Of a stretch of 64,000 bases of DNA, positions 1 to 11,488 are shown piece by piece. Source of the stretch: Aplysia californica (Eukaryota); assembly GCF_000002075.1 (NCBI RefSeq), contig NW_004797391.1, forward strand, positions 840,587 to 904,586, in the 5' to 3' direction. How positions within the stretch are numbered: the first letter of the stretch is position 1; the number at the start of each line of letters is the position of its first letter. Under the pieces are notes generated by a model. That model was not told the DNA's origin and did no database searches. It saw only the letters and a program-made list of their open reading frames with translations. The position numbers and the translations under genes were made by a program.

Positions 1-267
1 GGGGGCCTGAGGTAAAAGAAAATCTGGGAGGGTTACACGGGGGCATGCCCCCTGTTTTTACCCATAATTTGATATTTTACAGTAGTTAGATTTGAAATTT
101 TCCTGAAAATAATTGTGATTTGCGACAATTTTAGCAGCTTTATGTGTGATTTGCAACAATCAGTATTGCAGTCTGACCCCCGAAGCAGTGCATCTGTGTG
201 TGGGAGTGAAAGTAAAAATTTACCAAACTAATAATTTGCGGCAGAAATAAAGTCGAAATTCCTTTAA

Positions 268-339
268 CACTTTGCCATCATATTTTGGAGAAAATCCAAG
301 AAAACTGGGCGATAATCAGCGAGATGAGGCGGCAAAGTG
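268..339. mobile_element. Tiny TTAA-flanked (piggyBac-like) MITE
   Basis: TTAA|CACTTTGCC ... GGCAAAGTG|TTAA. Confidence 0.55.
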
Positions 340-511
340 TTAAAAGTTGATAAAACAAGAATAAAAACTACAATGCCTGACCATGAGACGAGAGTGAAAA
401 AAACATAATAGGGCCTACCCAGAGTTGCTCCTTACACATGACAAAAGTAAAGGACTAGATCTAGATCTAAATAGAGGTAGATCTAGTAGTAAAATTAGAT
501 TCTAGTAGGTA

Positions 512-647
512 AGGACTTCCGGAAACGAGCAACCACCCCAACAAACAATAAAGAATAGACCTACCCTAAACCTAAACCTAACCCAAACCCTTGCCTTCTA
601 TTTCTATTCTACTCTGTCTCGTAGTGGTCGCTCGTTACGGAAGTCCT
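512..647. mobile_element. Small inverted-repeat element with internal CCTAAA/CCTAAC repeats
   Basis: AGGACTTCCGGAAACGAGCAACCAC versus reverse complement of GTGGTCGCTCGTTACGGAAGTCCT. Confidence 0.55.
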
Positions 648-1500
648 CCCATAACATCACATAATAATTTAATAGGCTATAAAGTAACTAACAGACTAGA
701 TCTAGAATCTACATGGATTTCAGTTAGAATCTAGACTCTTGGCCTACTCTTTACTTTAGATCAATAATAAAATCTAAAATGGGGAAATTCGTCTCACAAT
801 AATTATGATATATATAAGATCTTGGCTGCAAGACAACTTGAGAGCCCTAAATCTTGATCTAATATCCTAGATCAAGTAAAGAAGAAATTGTAAGCCACAA
901 AACAGTGATAGACCTAGATCTAGATCTAGATCTAGCCTAGCTTCCGACAGCACCGAGAGACCACCTGCCTCTCTTGTGCCCTCAACTTTCATTACTGCAC
1001 CAGACCGAGTCAGTTAGGTATGACACCCAACACATCTTCCATCTCATTCCAGTTGTAGTCAACAACCAGCTCCATATCACTCAAAAAGAGTGTAGATTTT
1101 AAAGCGGAACTCGTTTGCAACTCATTAAGACTAAAGGCAATGGGACAGACAAATAATTCCAACTCAATGATTATCTCAGGGGAGAGTGGGATTTGACTGA
1201 GATTACGGGGGCAATGACAGTGCCTAGTCAAGTGTGTGAATGTGTGAAACGAGGGAGATTCTGCATGTCCATTGTCAGGTCAATGAATAGTACGGAGTTT
1301 GATTTTTTAATCAAAGACAAACTAGGCTACAAAAATAATAAAATAGACAGCAATGTTCATTGGGCACACTTGGGGGGAAACTTTATCTCTAAAAGTTCTT
1401 CAGCACACTCAAAGATTCAATAATTGCACTAAAATCAACAACACGGCTCTGGCGGATGTAACATTTTTATCCGTTCAAAAAGTCATGAATCGCGTCTTAC

Positions 1501-1569
1501 CAATGCGAAGAGATTTGTGAGGCAGTCCTCCAAGGAGCAGCCGTTTCCAGTCGGGTTTGGGTGACTCAT
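1501..1569 (-). CDS. MED13: Mediator subunit 13, coding exon 1 (rest of gene lies left of window)
   Basis: Reverse strand reads MSHPNPTGNGCSLEDCLTNLFAL followed by GTAAGA donor (phase 0). Matches the diagnostic MED13/Skuld N-terminus NGxSLEDCxxNxxxL. Confidence 0.92.
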
Positions 1570-1888
1570 GGTCACTCCATGTTCTCCTTAGTCAGAAATA
1601 TATCCAATTGAACATTTGATAGGTACACAATACAAAATCTCAAAAATTATCGCCCATCATCGAATTCTTCACATAATATGGCTGACTGTAATGGCGACTC
1701 GATGGGAACAACACAAGGCGGTAAGGAAAACTCCTTCTGATTGGTCAATTCCAGTCACATGCATGTTGACCTAGATTTAATTGTATCAACATGGCAGCCC
1801 AAGAAAATGGGATGCTGAACCATGATGATAAAACTCATTTTTCTCGTCCAGTGTAGTGCTAGTCCTATTGTATGCTTTAAATGATACA
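1570..1888. promoter_or_regulatory. Bidirectional promoter and 5' leaders shared by MED13 (-) and BLTP2 (+)
   Basis: Two start codons 320 bp apart, divergent. Inverted CCAAT box (TGATTGG, 1738-1744); YY1-like ATGGCG (1691) and AACATGGCAGC (1788-1798). Confidence 0.75.
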
Positions 1889-1947
1889 ATGGCCAATTTC
1901 TGGTGGACCTTTGTGTACGTCGTCGTCGGGTTCTGGATCCTTAGCAG
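1889..1947 (+). CDS. BLTP2: BLTP2 exon 1 (membrane anchor)
   Basis: [19 protein letters not shown](R); AG|GTAGAA donor, phase 2 matches exon 2. Confidence 0.82.
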
Positions 1948-4900
1948 GTAGAAAACTCTCTGAAGTTCTGTGAAGTAGTCAGCTGACTTGGATTTGATAA
2001 GGAAGTTAATGGAAATCGAAAGTTGAAATTGCTGCTTCCAATGTCTCTCAGATTTACTGAGGTTATCTATAGGCCCACTTTTCTTTCGATTTAGATTCTT
2101 TGCGTCTTGACTCTATTTAAATTGCTTTTTTAAATTTCAATTACGCTTATTAACATAGTATTTCTCTACGCCCGTGGAACAAAAAGTATTAGGCTATCCC
2201 TGACTTCAACTTCAGTCCAGAGTGCCGAAATCAAATGATTCCACGCCCACCTCCTGCCCGACCCTGTCTGCCACACATCAGCATCATCCTTCTTTACTTT
2301 TCACCTTCATCTTTTGTCATTGTGTAATCAACGTGTTATGCCTACTGTTGTTGACCGATAAATTATTTGAAAGTAGCATTAGGAGAAGAAAAAACCCACT
2401 CAGTTCTTCCACTTTCTCAGCAGAATGAACTTTCAGTCAGAGGTAAAGATTCCAAAGAAGGGAAGGTTTACAATAGGTACACACTAATCTAGATTCTAGA
2501 TCTACTAGATCTAGATCTGATTCTAGATTCTATCTGACTATTTAGTTCTAGAAGATCTAGATCTAGACCTAGTTTGGTTGGGCTAAGAAGGAGTCTGGTG
2601 AGATTCCAAAATCGAAGTGTATACAGACCCGGTAACCGGGAACAAAGTCACGAAGTATACAGACCCGGTAGGGGAACTCTTTTGTGATTTCGGGAAGTTT
2701 CAGCCCCCAGACCCGGTAGAAATCTAGTGTGTGTGTGTGTGAGAGAGAGAGGGAGAGAGAAAGAGAGGAGGGGGGGGGGGGTTGCTGGCAAAATGTATAT
2801 ATAATATATATTATATATATGACATGCCCCAGTTGGCAGGAGGGAAGGAGAGAAAGATAGAGTGGGAAATAGGTGGGGACAAAGAAAGACAGAAACAAAC
2901 AAAGAGAAGGCGAGCGATACACAGAGGAGAGAGAAAAAGAGAGAGGGGGGGGGGGGGGACTGCTCGATTGAAATTATGATTATGACATTGTAACTTGTTC
3001 TTTTCTTCAAATTGTGATTCCTCCAACTCCAAAACGGAGGAAAAACGATCGTTCATCGAAAAGACATCCGCAATCTTCATTTAGATCGAGGCTAGCCACG
3101 AAACTAGATCAAAGATTTGAATCTGTCTGCCTAGATCTAGATCTAGACTATAGATCTAGAAGAACCTAGGTCTACCCTGAGCCAAGAGGGCGCTGAAACT
3201 CTCCGAAATCACAAAAGAGTTCCTTTACCAGGTCTGTATACTTTGTGACTTTGTTCCCGGTTACCGGGTCTGTATACACTCCCTTCCAAAATATCAAAAT
3301 AGCCTAATTGATCAACGAATGAATATGAATAGCTTAGGCTTTGAGAGTAAGATTAATGGTGAACACTAGAGTCAGAGCTGTTCAACAAGTCTCTCTCACA
3401 GTGCTGTTGACTGTATTGCAGTAGTCTATTAGATTCTAGAGGTGCCTGTAGAAATCGTTTTAAGGTGACTTAGTATAGAGTATAGATCTACATGCCCACA
3501 TGATTATGATCTCTCTCTATATATATGGATACTCCATTACTCCATTGCAAGCGTACTTTTTTTTTTTAACATTATAAATGTTAACACCATATGAAGGATG
3601 ATACCCAAAAAAGACTTCACTTTTGACTGGGAGGTAGGGGAGGTGGCATTTACTTACTCCACCGGCGTCTGAAGGCATTAGTGAAACAAACAGTAGAATT
3701 AAGGCTTAATATACATACAGCAGGCTCAAATAGTGAAAAACCCTCATGTACCGCACCAGTTTAGAATGCTGAAGCCATGATAGAATTCTTTTTAATTTTA
3801 AAAAAGCCTTGACAGTCCAAGAGACATGCTTTAAAGATTCACAGAGGTTCTCATCAACAAAGAACAGCTATCATACTGGTAGAGTGACTTCCTTTGGTAT
3901 GTATTTACAGTGCAGTGCATTCATTCGTTGTTTAATTTTATGTTATAATAGTGTTTAGTATAAAATGGCTCTGCTGTTTTTTAAATACATTATATATGGT
4001 ATATAATATGATGTTGCTCTATTAGTGATTTGCGACTCAGAGTTATATTTTTATGCTCAGCCTAATCTAAAATTATGGTGAAAAATTGCAGAGAATAGTG
4101 CACAGCGAATAAAAGTACAAGTAGGCCTACTTTTTTTTCTCTTGAACCCTCAGCTAACATCTTGTTGGAAGGCTCTCTTTATGTCAAAATGAAATATAAT
4201 GTGAGATAACATGGTGAAATCAGGCGCCCGTCAAAATATTGAAATCGAAGAAACGGGCATTTTTCTGTTGGTTTGCCAATTTTTGTCGCATTTTCGTTTT
4301 TTGGCTCAACACCTTTTATGTCCATGTAAAAACACATTTCCATGAGAATTTTATTAAAAAACATTGATTAAAGGCAAAAAAATGTGTGATTTTTCAGTTT
4401 TCAAAGACTTCAAGCATTTGAAGTTTCCACACTTTGGCGCCCATTTTCTCAGTAATTTTATCTATGAAACCAGGTGTTCCCTCCTCTTTCAATTGCTGAT
4501 ATTTCGACTTCTATTCAAGATAGATGGATATTTCTAAATCGAAGCAAAGCGAATGAATATAAGCTTTCAGATGATACCAATAACTCTACATTGCCAAAAA
4601 CTGACGAGTGCCTGATTCCACCCCGTCGTGACACATACTCAGAATTCAATTCTCATTTTGACCTCTATACTATATGACAATATGATCTTCCATTCGAGAT
4701 ATCGATGTGCAAGAGGAAGTGTGTTTTTTATGTTGTTATTTTACCTTCTTTGTGTCGCAAATTCCCTCCATTTTAAAGAGTGTCTATGTGGTAGATGATG
4801 TATGGTATAACTTTGATTGTAAAATGCCCTGTCAACACAACTGAAACCATTTAGGAGGCAGGTTTTTCTTTGTGTGGATGTTTGTAAGTGTAAGAAGAGA

Positions 4901-4957
4901 GAGACTGAAGGGGAGAGAGAGAGAGAGAAAGTAATGCTACAACATGAAAAAGGGAGG

Positions 4958-5012
<55 letters not shown>

Positions 5013-8000
5013 TAATGCTATGCTATGACATGAAAAAAAGAGAGAGTGTATTAGGAGGGGTATGTTTCACTTTGAGTTTTAACAGAATGTTGTTTAAAAA
5101 TGGTTGTGAAAAATATAAAGAGCACTTACAACCACATTATATAATCATCATTAAATATTAATTTCATCATTACCATAATTATTGTTATTATCATATAATT
5201 AGTGTTATATGAAATTGTTATCAATTATTACTGCATGTACCCTCATGAACTGAATTATCAACTTTCTAATTAAATCTGTATCTTCTTGCACTACCTCCTC
5301 ATCTTCCACCGCCTTCTCTTCCTTCTTCTTTTGTTCCCTTCTAGATCTTTGAGGAGTATGATTCTCGACATCATTACTGCAATTTTTTTTTCTTTTAACC
5401 TCATGCAGTTTCATACGTTGTGTAATAATTCATAAGTCTTGCTGCTCTTCCTATATTTTCATACTCATTCAAATACACAGCACCAGCGTCTGTAGTTTAA
5501 TTGTTAGACACTTTGCCACCGCACGCAAGGGACCCGAGTCCAATTCCTGTGTGCAGAGAACATTTTTATAGAGTATCTTGGTTTTCTCATGAGTTGACCA
5601 TGACAGGCAAGGTTGGAAGCTCAACTCCTAAATTATCAAAATTGTGTGGATTTGGACGTAAAAACACATGCATTAAAAAATAAATTCCACAGCTGTACGA
5701 CCTTCTACCCCAGAACAGTCAGAACTATCTAGGACAGCCACCTATTGTTGAGGAGAAAAGTGGCCATCTTAGACAGGTGGCTGTCTTAGGCAGGACTGAT
5801 AAAATTGAGGAAAACAAACCATTCCCTTCTGAGGCCCAAACCAGAGGCGGTCAAAGGCTTAGGACTGTCATATGGCCTATTTTTCTGGGTTTTCTGGGAG
5901 GGGGGGGGGTTGCTTAATTAAATCATGAAATTCTACCAAGTGTAACGTGTTTGGTGAAAATGACAAGAATGCTCATCTCACTTTCAGTTTAATTACTTAT
6001 ATATGTGTTTTGTTAAATTTAACTCACGCCCATCTGTCATTTAATGTAGATACATTGTATTTCTTATTTGTATATTTTTAACTCTCTTGACAATGACAAA
6101 CGCTCACAAGCCGACTTTCTTTCTGTAAGTTTTAATTCTTCTATTACAGTCATAGACACCCATCCTTCTGCAAGAAGACATTGATTGTTTATGTTTGGGG
6201 ATGCGGAGTGGGTTGTTGTTTTTTCAAATTATTGTTTTCATTTGTAAAAATGGGATGTGACTTGACAATAATATTAGCACTTCTTCGTGTGTTACTCTTG
6301 TGAGTTGGAAAGATGGAAACTGATGCCTTGAGACCTTGATTTCCATTGTACACTGACGTCAGTATACGCAATGGGTCTCATGAAATATTGTTTGCTTCTT
6401 TTTGTCGTCGTCCTCCTCCTCCTCCTCCCCATTCTTGCTGGTTCATTACCGCGATTTGTTCTGAATTTTCCCGGAACTGGTCAGTTTTCTTTTACTTTCG
6501 ACTGCAAAGAGGATCTCTCTAAGTTTCTGTGAAGATTTAGTTCTCGATTCCATCTTCGGTCATCAATTGAACAACAAAGGCGGTAGACAAGGGTTGGATA
6601 GAGATTGGGGAGAAACCGTGGGCGGGGGGGGGGGGGGTGAGAGAAGGAGAGTGGGGAAAGGGGTGGGAGGATGCGAGGTGGAAAAAGGGAGAGAGACTGA
6701 AAGGGATTGAGAGATCGAAAAAGGGAGAGAGAGGGATTGAGACTATGGAATCTGAGGAAAAATCTAAGTTTAGCCTCAACCCATACCTGTACATGGCGAG
6801 TTTTGAACCAAGAGCTTGATAAGAGTTTAGCACCCGCCTATGAGCCAACCCAACTGCTCTTTATGTTCAACTTTGTCTTTGCATAGAGAGAAGAGTCTGG
6901 GGCTCTCGTTGAAGAAAGACTTCTCTATGTAGTTCATTCTTTGATTGACCATTTATTGTTCATTACTAATGGCACATGATGATTTCATCTGTAAACAAAT
7001 AGATTTACAGAGACAAAGAATAATACCAGTATAACGTAAAATGAAATAACATGGGGTACATCGCATAATGTACAGATGCAACTAGCATGAAGAACATGAA
7101 CTAACATCATATAACATATAACCATACACTCATGGTCTAGAGGTTTATGTATTCGCCTCTCATTCAATAGGTCCCGGGTTCAAATCCGGATAGCGATGGG
7201 CTCTCATGGTCTAGAGGTTACGGTGTTCGCTTCTCATTCAAAGGTCCCAGGTTCGAACACTAGTTGTCTCCTTTGACTTGTTCTCCTGCTCTCTAGCAAT
7301 GTTCTGTCGTCTGCTTCCATCTCCACTTACTGCCCCCGCTCTCTCACCTCCGTTGCCCCCTCCTCTGGGCTCCTGACTCTTTCTGCAGCCTTTCTACTGC
7401 TATTCCTTGACTTCTTACTGCTGTTTTTCCGCTACACCCTGATCTTCTGGTTGGAAGATCTACACCTAGTATCTCGGACAAGGACGAAAAATCTCGGAGA
7501 TCCCGTGTGCGAGTTGCGCACGTTAAAGATCCCTTGCTGGTTTAAAATCGATAAGAGTAGGCTTCGGCCGCCATCCGGGCAAAACTCAAAGGTTCCTACC
7601 AACTGAAAATGTTTGGTGTGTCCCGCGCGCTCATATGACCGTATGCAGTTGCGAGCGCCGTTAAACACTCACCCAAAAAAGAGGATAACAACGGAAAATG
7701 TTCTTCTCTAAAATGTTCTCTTTTCACATCATTTCCTGCTCTCTAACAATGTCCTGTCGTCTGCTTTCGTCTCCACTTTCTGCCCCCACACCCTCAACTC
7801 CTTTGCCGTGACTGGACTCCTGACTCTTTCTGAATCCTTTCTACTGTTCCACCACTCCTTGACTCATTAAGCTGTCTGTCACCCACACCCCCGATCTTAT
7901 GGCAGATAATATCTACACCTAGCCTTCTAGGATTAGGGCGAAAAATCTCGGAGGTTCCGTGTGCAAGTTACGCACGCTAAAGATTCTTGGTGGTCCAAAA

Positions 8001-8148
8001 TCGATGAGCAGGCTTCGACCGCCACCCGGGCATAATTCAGAATTTCCTACCAACTGAAACTGTTTAATGTGTTTCACGCGCTCCTATGACCTTATGCAAT
8101 TGCGAGCGTCGTAAAACAATTACCACCCCCCCCCAAAAAAAAAAAGAG

Positions 8149-8187
<39 letters not shown>

Positions 8188-9203
8188 TCGGCACTGAAAT
8201 GTCATTTTCCATATATAGAATTTAGCCATTCTTTCTTTTGAGTATCAAGAATTAGCTGAAGTTGCTTCCAAAGGGAAGGGAGAGGGAACAGAACAGATAT
8301 TTTTCCCCAATGCATTTTCAATAAAAATTCCCCCGTCCTGGTACCCCGATTGTCCAGAAAGTTATATGGAAAAGGAATTTTTGTTGGCTTCTACTAAGTC
8401 GACACGTGCACACCGGAACAAAGTCTATGATTAATTTGGGCGCACCCCCGAAAGACGAACCTATTGCTCTCAATCCTTTGATCTTAAATCCTCAGAAAGA
8501 CGAATTTCTTTTGAACAATACATGTACTGTAATGATTGGATACCAGTATTCGCAGTACATGTATTTGATTCTACCATAGTCAGTAGACAGAAGTTGCAAG
8601 ATTTGAGTGGCATGGTAATCTTGATCAATGGCCGATCGCACTCTTTCTTCTTTTAAAGTCTGGTCTTTGGCAGAGGACGGCAGTTGCTGGAGCTTTCATA
8701 ATTAAAGCTGTTGTTTCTTCAGCGCTGCCAGGAAAGGAGAAAAATTTGGATGAGAGTTTATGAAATAACTTTGGAAGTGGGAATGAAAACTTTCCCATGC
8801 GGTGGTGGTTCATCCTGTGGATAATTGTAAAAGCCACAATTACATTAAATGTACTTTAGGTCGAAGCCTCCCCTGATACACGTACTGAATCTTCAGTCGT
8901 GCTGTTGCAGGTAGCCCTGGTGTAAATTTTATCCACTTCTTTCTGGTCTTCTTTTGAGTGGTTCCTTCAACCTTTTTGACAATCCTGTGTCAGTTATGCA
9001 TCGAAATATTATGCAGTCATTCACTCAGCACCACCAACGAATTACGGTTTATGATTCTTTATTCTTTGTCTTCGTTTTTAAAGCGACAGCCTTTTAAGTT
9101 TGAGACCAGTGGTCGTAAATATTTCCGTCTCTGGGTGTGGATGGTTGGAGGGTGCCACTAGTAGTTGTGATAGGTCTTACTTCCTTACTCTCCCTCTGTT
9201 GTT

Positions 9204-9261
<58 letters not shown>

Positions 9262-9294
9262 GGTCTGTCTGTCGGTCGGTCTGTCGGTCGGTCG

Positions 9295-9338
<44 letters not shown>

Positions 9339-11451
9339 GACTTTTCCCCAGCAGTAAATAACCATTATTGTGTCGATGTGCTTATTTTTACTCAAACAAA
9401 TAAACAAACAAAAACGCTCATCTCTGGGTGTTACATTGCGAATGGCCCGCCAATTTGCAAAGTTCTATCCATTTTCAAGTGTATGACCGCGTAGAACCTG
9501 GAGAAGAGTCACGGAAATGGATGTACAGAAAAGAGGGAAGACATGGAGTGACATCAAGCGACTCGCCCAGGATAGGGAAAGGCGGAAAGTGTTTGTTCGT
9601 GGCCTATATCCTGACCCTAGGTGAAAAGGGCAATGATGATGACATATTTTACGTAAAACCGCGTGTGTTCTTGTCACAAAGCAACATCAAGAATCTTAGA
9701 CAAGATTATTTACTGTGAGGTGTGAGCATCGAGTACGAAATTGCCTCAAAGAAAAAGTTGTTCGAAGGAGGCGGCATGTTAGTCAATCGAGGGTACCATG
9801 CGGGTAGGCGTTCGTCGTCCGAGATTCCGAATGACGTCTCAGCCCTGTGTGGGTAAAGTTTGATCATTAACTCGCCCCCCTTTTGTAGTTGTAACCAAAC
9901 AGTTTTTAGAATGACAGAAGTTTGGTATCGAAACTGGTAAATGATCATTATATTTCTGAGCATTGCGTGCATGTGTATGTGTTCTTAATTTGAAGTACAA
10001 TGTTCAAGTTATCCCCGCACTCCATGGAATAAGACTTCTAAGAGGGTATCTATTTATCACTTTATGTTGGATATTAATGATTTTTCCACACACACCACGC
10101 AGGTGTACACAAGACATCAGTGATTGATATAACCCGCCCAAAACTTCATTCAACTGTACACGCACACAAATCGTAGCGCAAACTTCATTTCAAAGGAAAA
10201 AATGCTTGTGTGTGGGGGGAGGGGGGAGGGGGGCTCAGTCTCTGCCATGGTCTGGAACAGAGAGTATGTCTGGACTAGGCCTACGTCACTCAATGCGTGA
10301 ATGCAGCGCAGTTGTAATAGTAGCGCGTATTCCATTTCTATGTGACTGACTCGTTTAACCATATCAATACCGCCGGGAGAGGGCGAGTTCATGATCACCT
10401 TCTCCGACTGCTGACCTATTTTTTTTACCGGGGGCGAATTAGAGATCCACAGAAAGGATATTCTTTACTTAGATTTAGATAGCCATTTTAAAGCATCAAA
10501 TTATAATAATATTGTTCCATGGGATCCAAACGGGGCTTCCTTTTTTTTTTCAAGACAGAATGCACCGACGATCTGATGATAATAATAGTTTAGTTCCCCC
10601 CTCCTCACCTCTCTCCCCCCCCCCTTTTTTTTTTTCGCCCCCCCCCCCCCTTTTTTTTTCGCTCACTCTCTTTCCTTTTCATACTTNNNNNNNNNNNNNN
10701 NNNNNNNNNNNNNNNNNNNNNNNNNNNNNNNNNNNNNNNNNNNNNNNNNNNNNNNNNNNNNNNNNNNNNNNNNNNNNNNNNNNNNNNNNNNNNNNNNNNN
10801 NNNNNNNNNNNNNNNNNNNNNNNNNNNNNNNNNNNNNNNNNNNNNNNNNNNNNNNNNNNNNNNNNNNNNNNNNNNCTTGTGGTTTAATTGGTTTTACTGA
10901 CATGACAGACTTGGGCAAAGATAGTACAAGACAAGATGGGCCACTCAGCCTAAAAAGTGTCCGCAGGAAGTATGCTCTTTGCTTCAGATGGCGCTGCAGT
11001 CTGTTTTGAAGCTCTCTTTCGTTTTTCCAGAAGAAGAATAGGAATAGCACCTCCTTGCGTGCGCAGATCGACTGCTGTTCATCAGCAGTTCGGGTATGTT
11101 CAGTGCGGAGTTTTAGGTTTTTTAAGAATTTTAATGAACTCTCGCCCTTCATTCTAAAGTCAAATTAAACGAAGAAAACCATCTCCTTTTCCTCCGGAAG
11201 AGGTTTTTTGTCAGCGTAATCATTTTTAAAAAGCGTTCTTCCGAAATTTGTCCCAAAACTTGCTAGTTTCACTTTTATTTTTTAAAACTCAAGTAGGGTA
11301 ACTCTGTTCGCAAAGAGTGCGCTTTTGTGAAGAGGGCGCCACCAAATTTTGAGGACACTTTTTTAATTGGCTCAAAGAGAGAAGTGGCCCATCTTGTCTT
11401 GTACTATCTTTGACTTGGGAAAGTTTTTAGTACAAACCAAATTGATCTTAC

Positions 11452-11488
<37 letters not shown>

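Noticed and set aside
1010-1231. 73-aa minus-strand ORF (..MELVVDYNWNEMEDVLGVIPN*) as a MED13 exon
   Set aside because: Does not resemble the expected MED13 exon 2 (xDLxGIKW), has no convincing splice sites and ends in a stop.
5205-5414. Charged minus-strand ORF ([18 protein letters not shown])
   Set aside because: Low-complexity purine tract with an A-rich, weak acceptor; cannot be linked to other segments.
7124-7271. Functional tRNA genes
   Set aside because: A and B boxes are present but acceptor and anticodon stems do not pair, and the units run into a SINE body.
9100-9407. ORFs with LSVC or RQTD repeats
   Set aside because: Translations of a (TCTG)n microsatellite.
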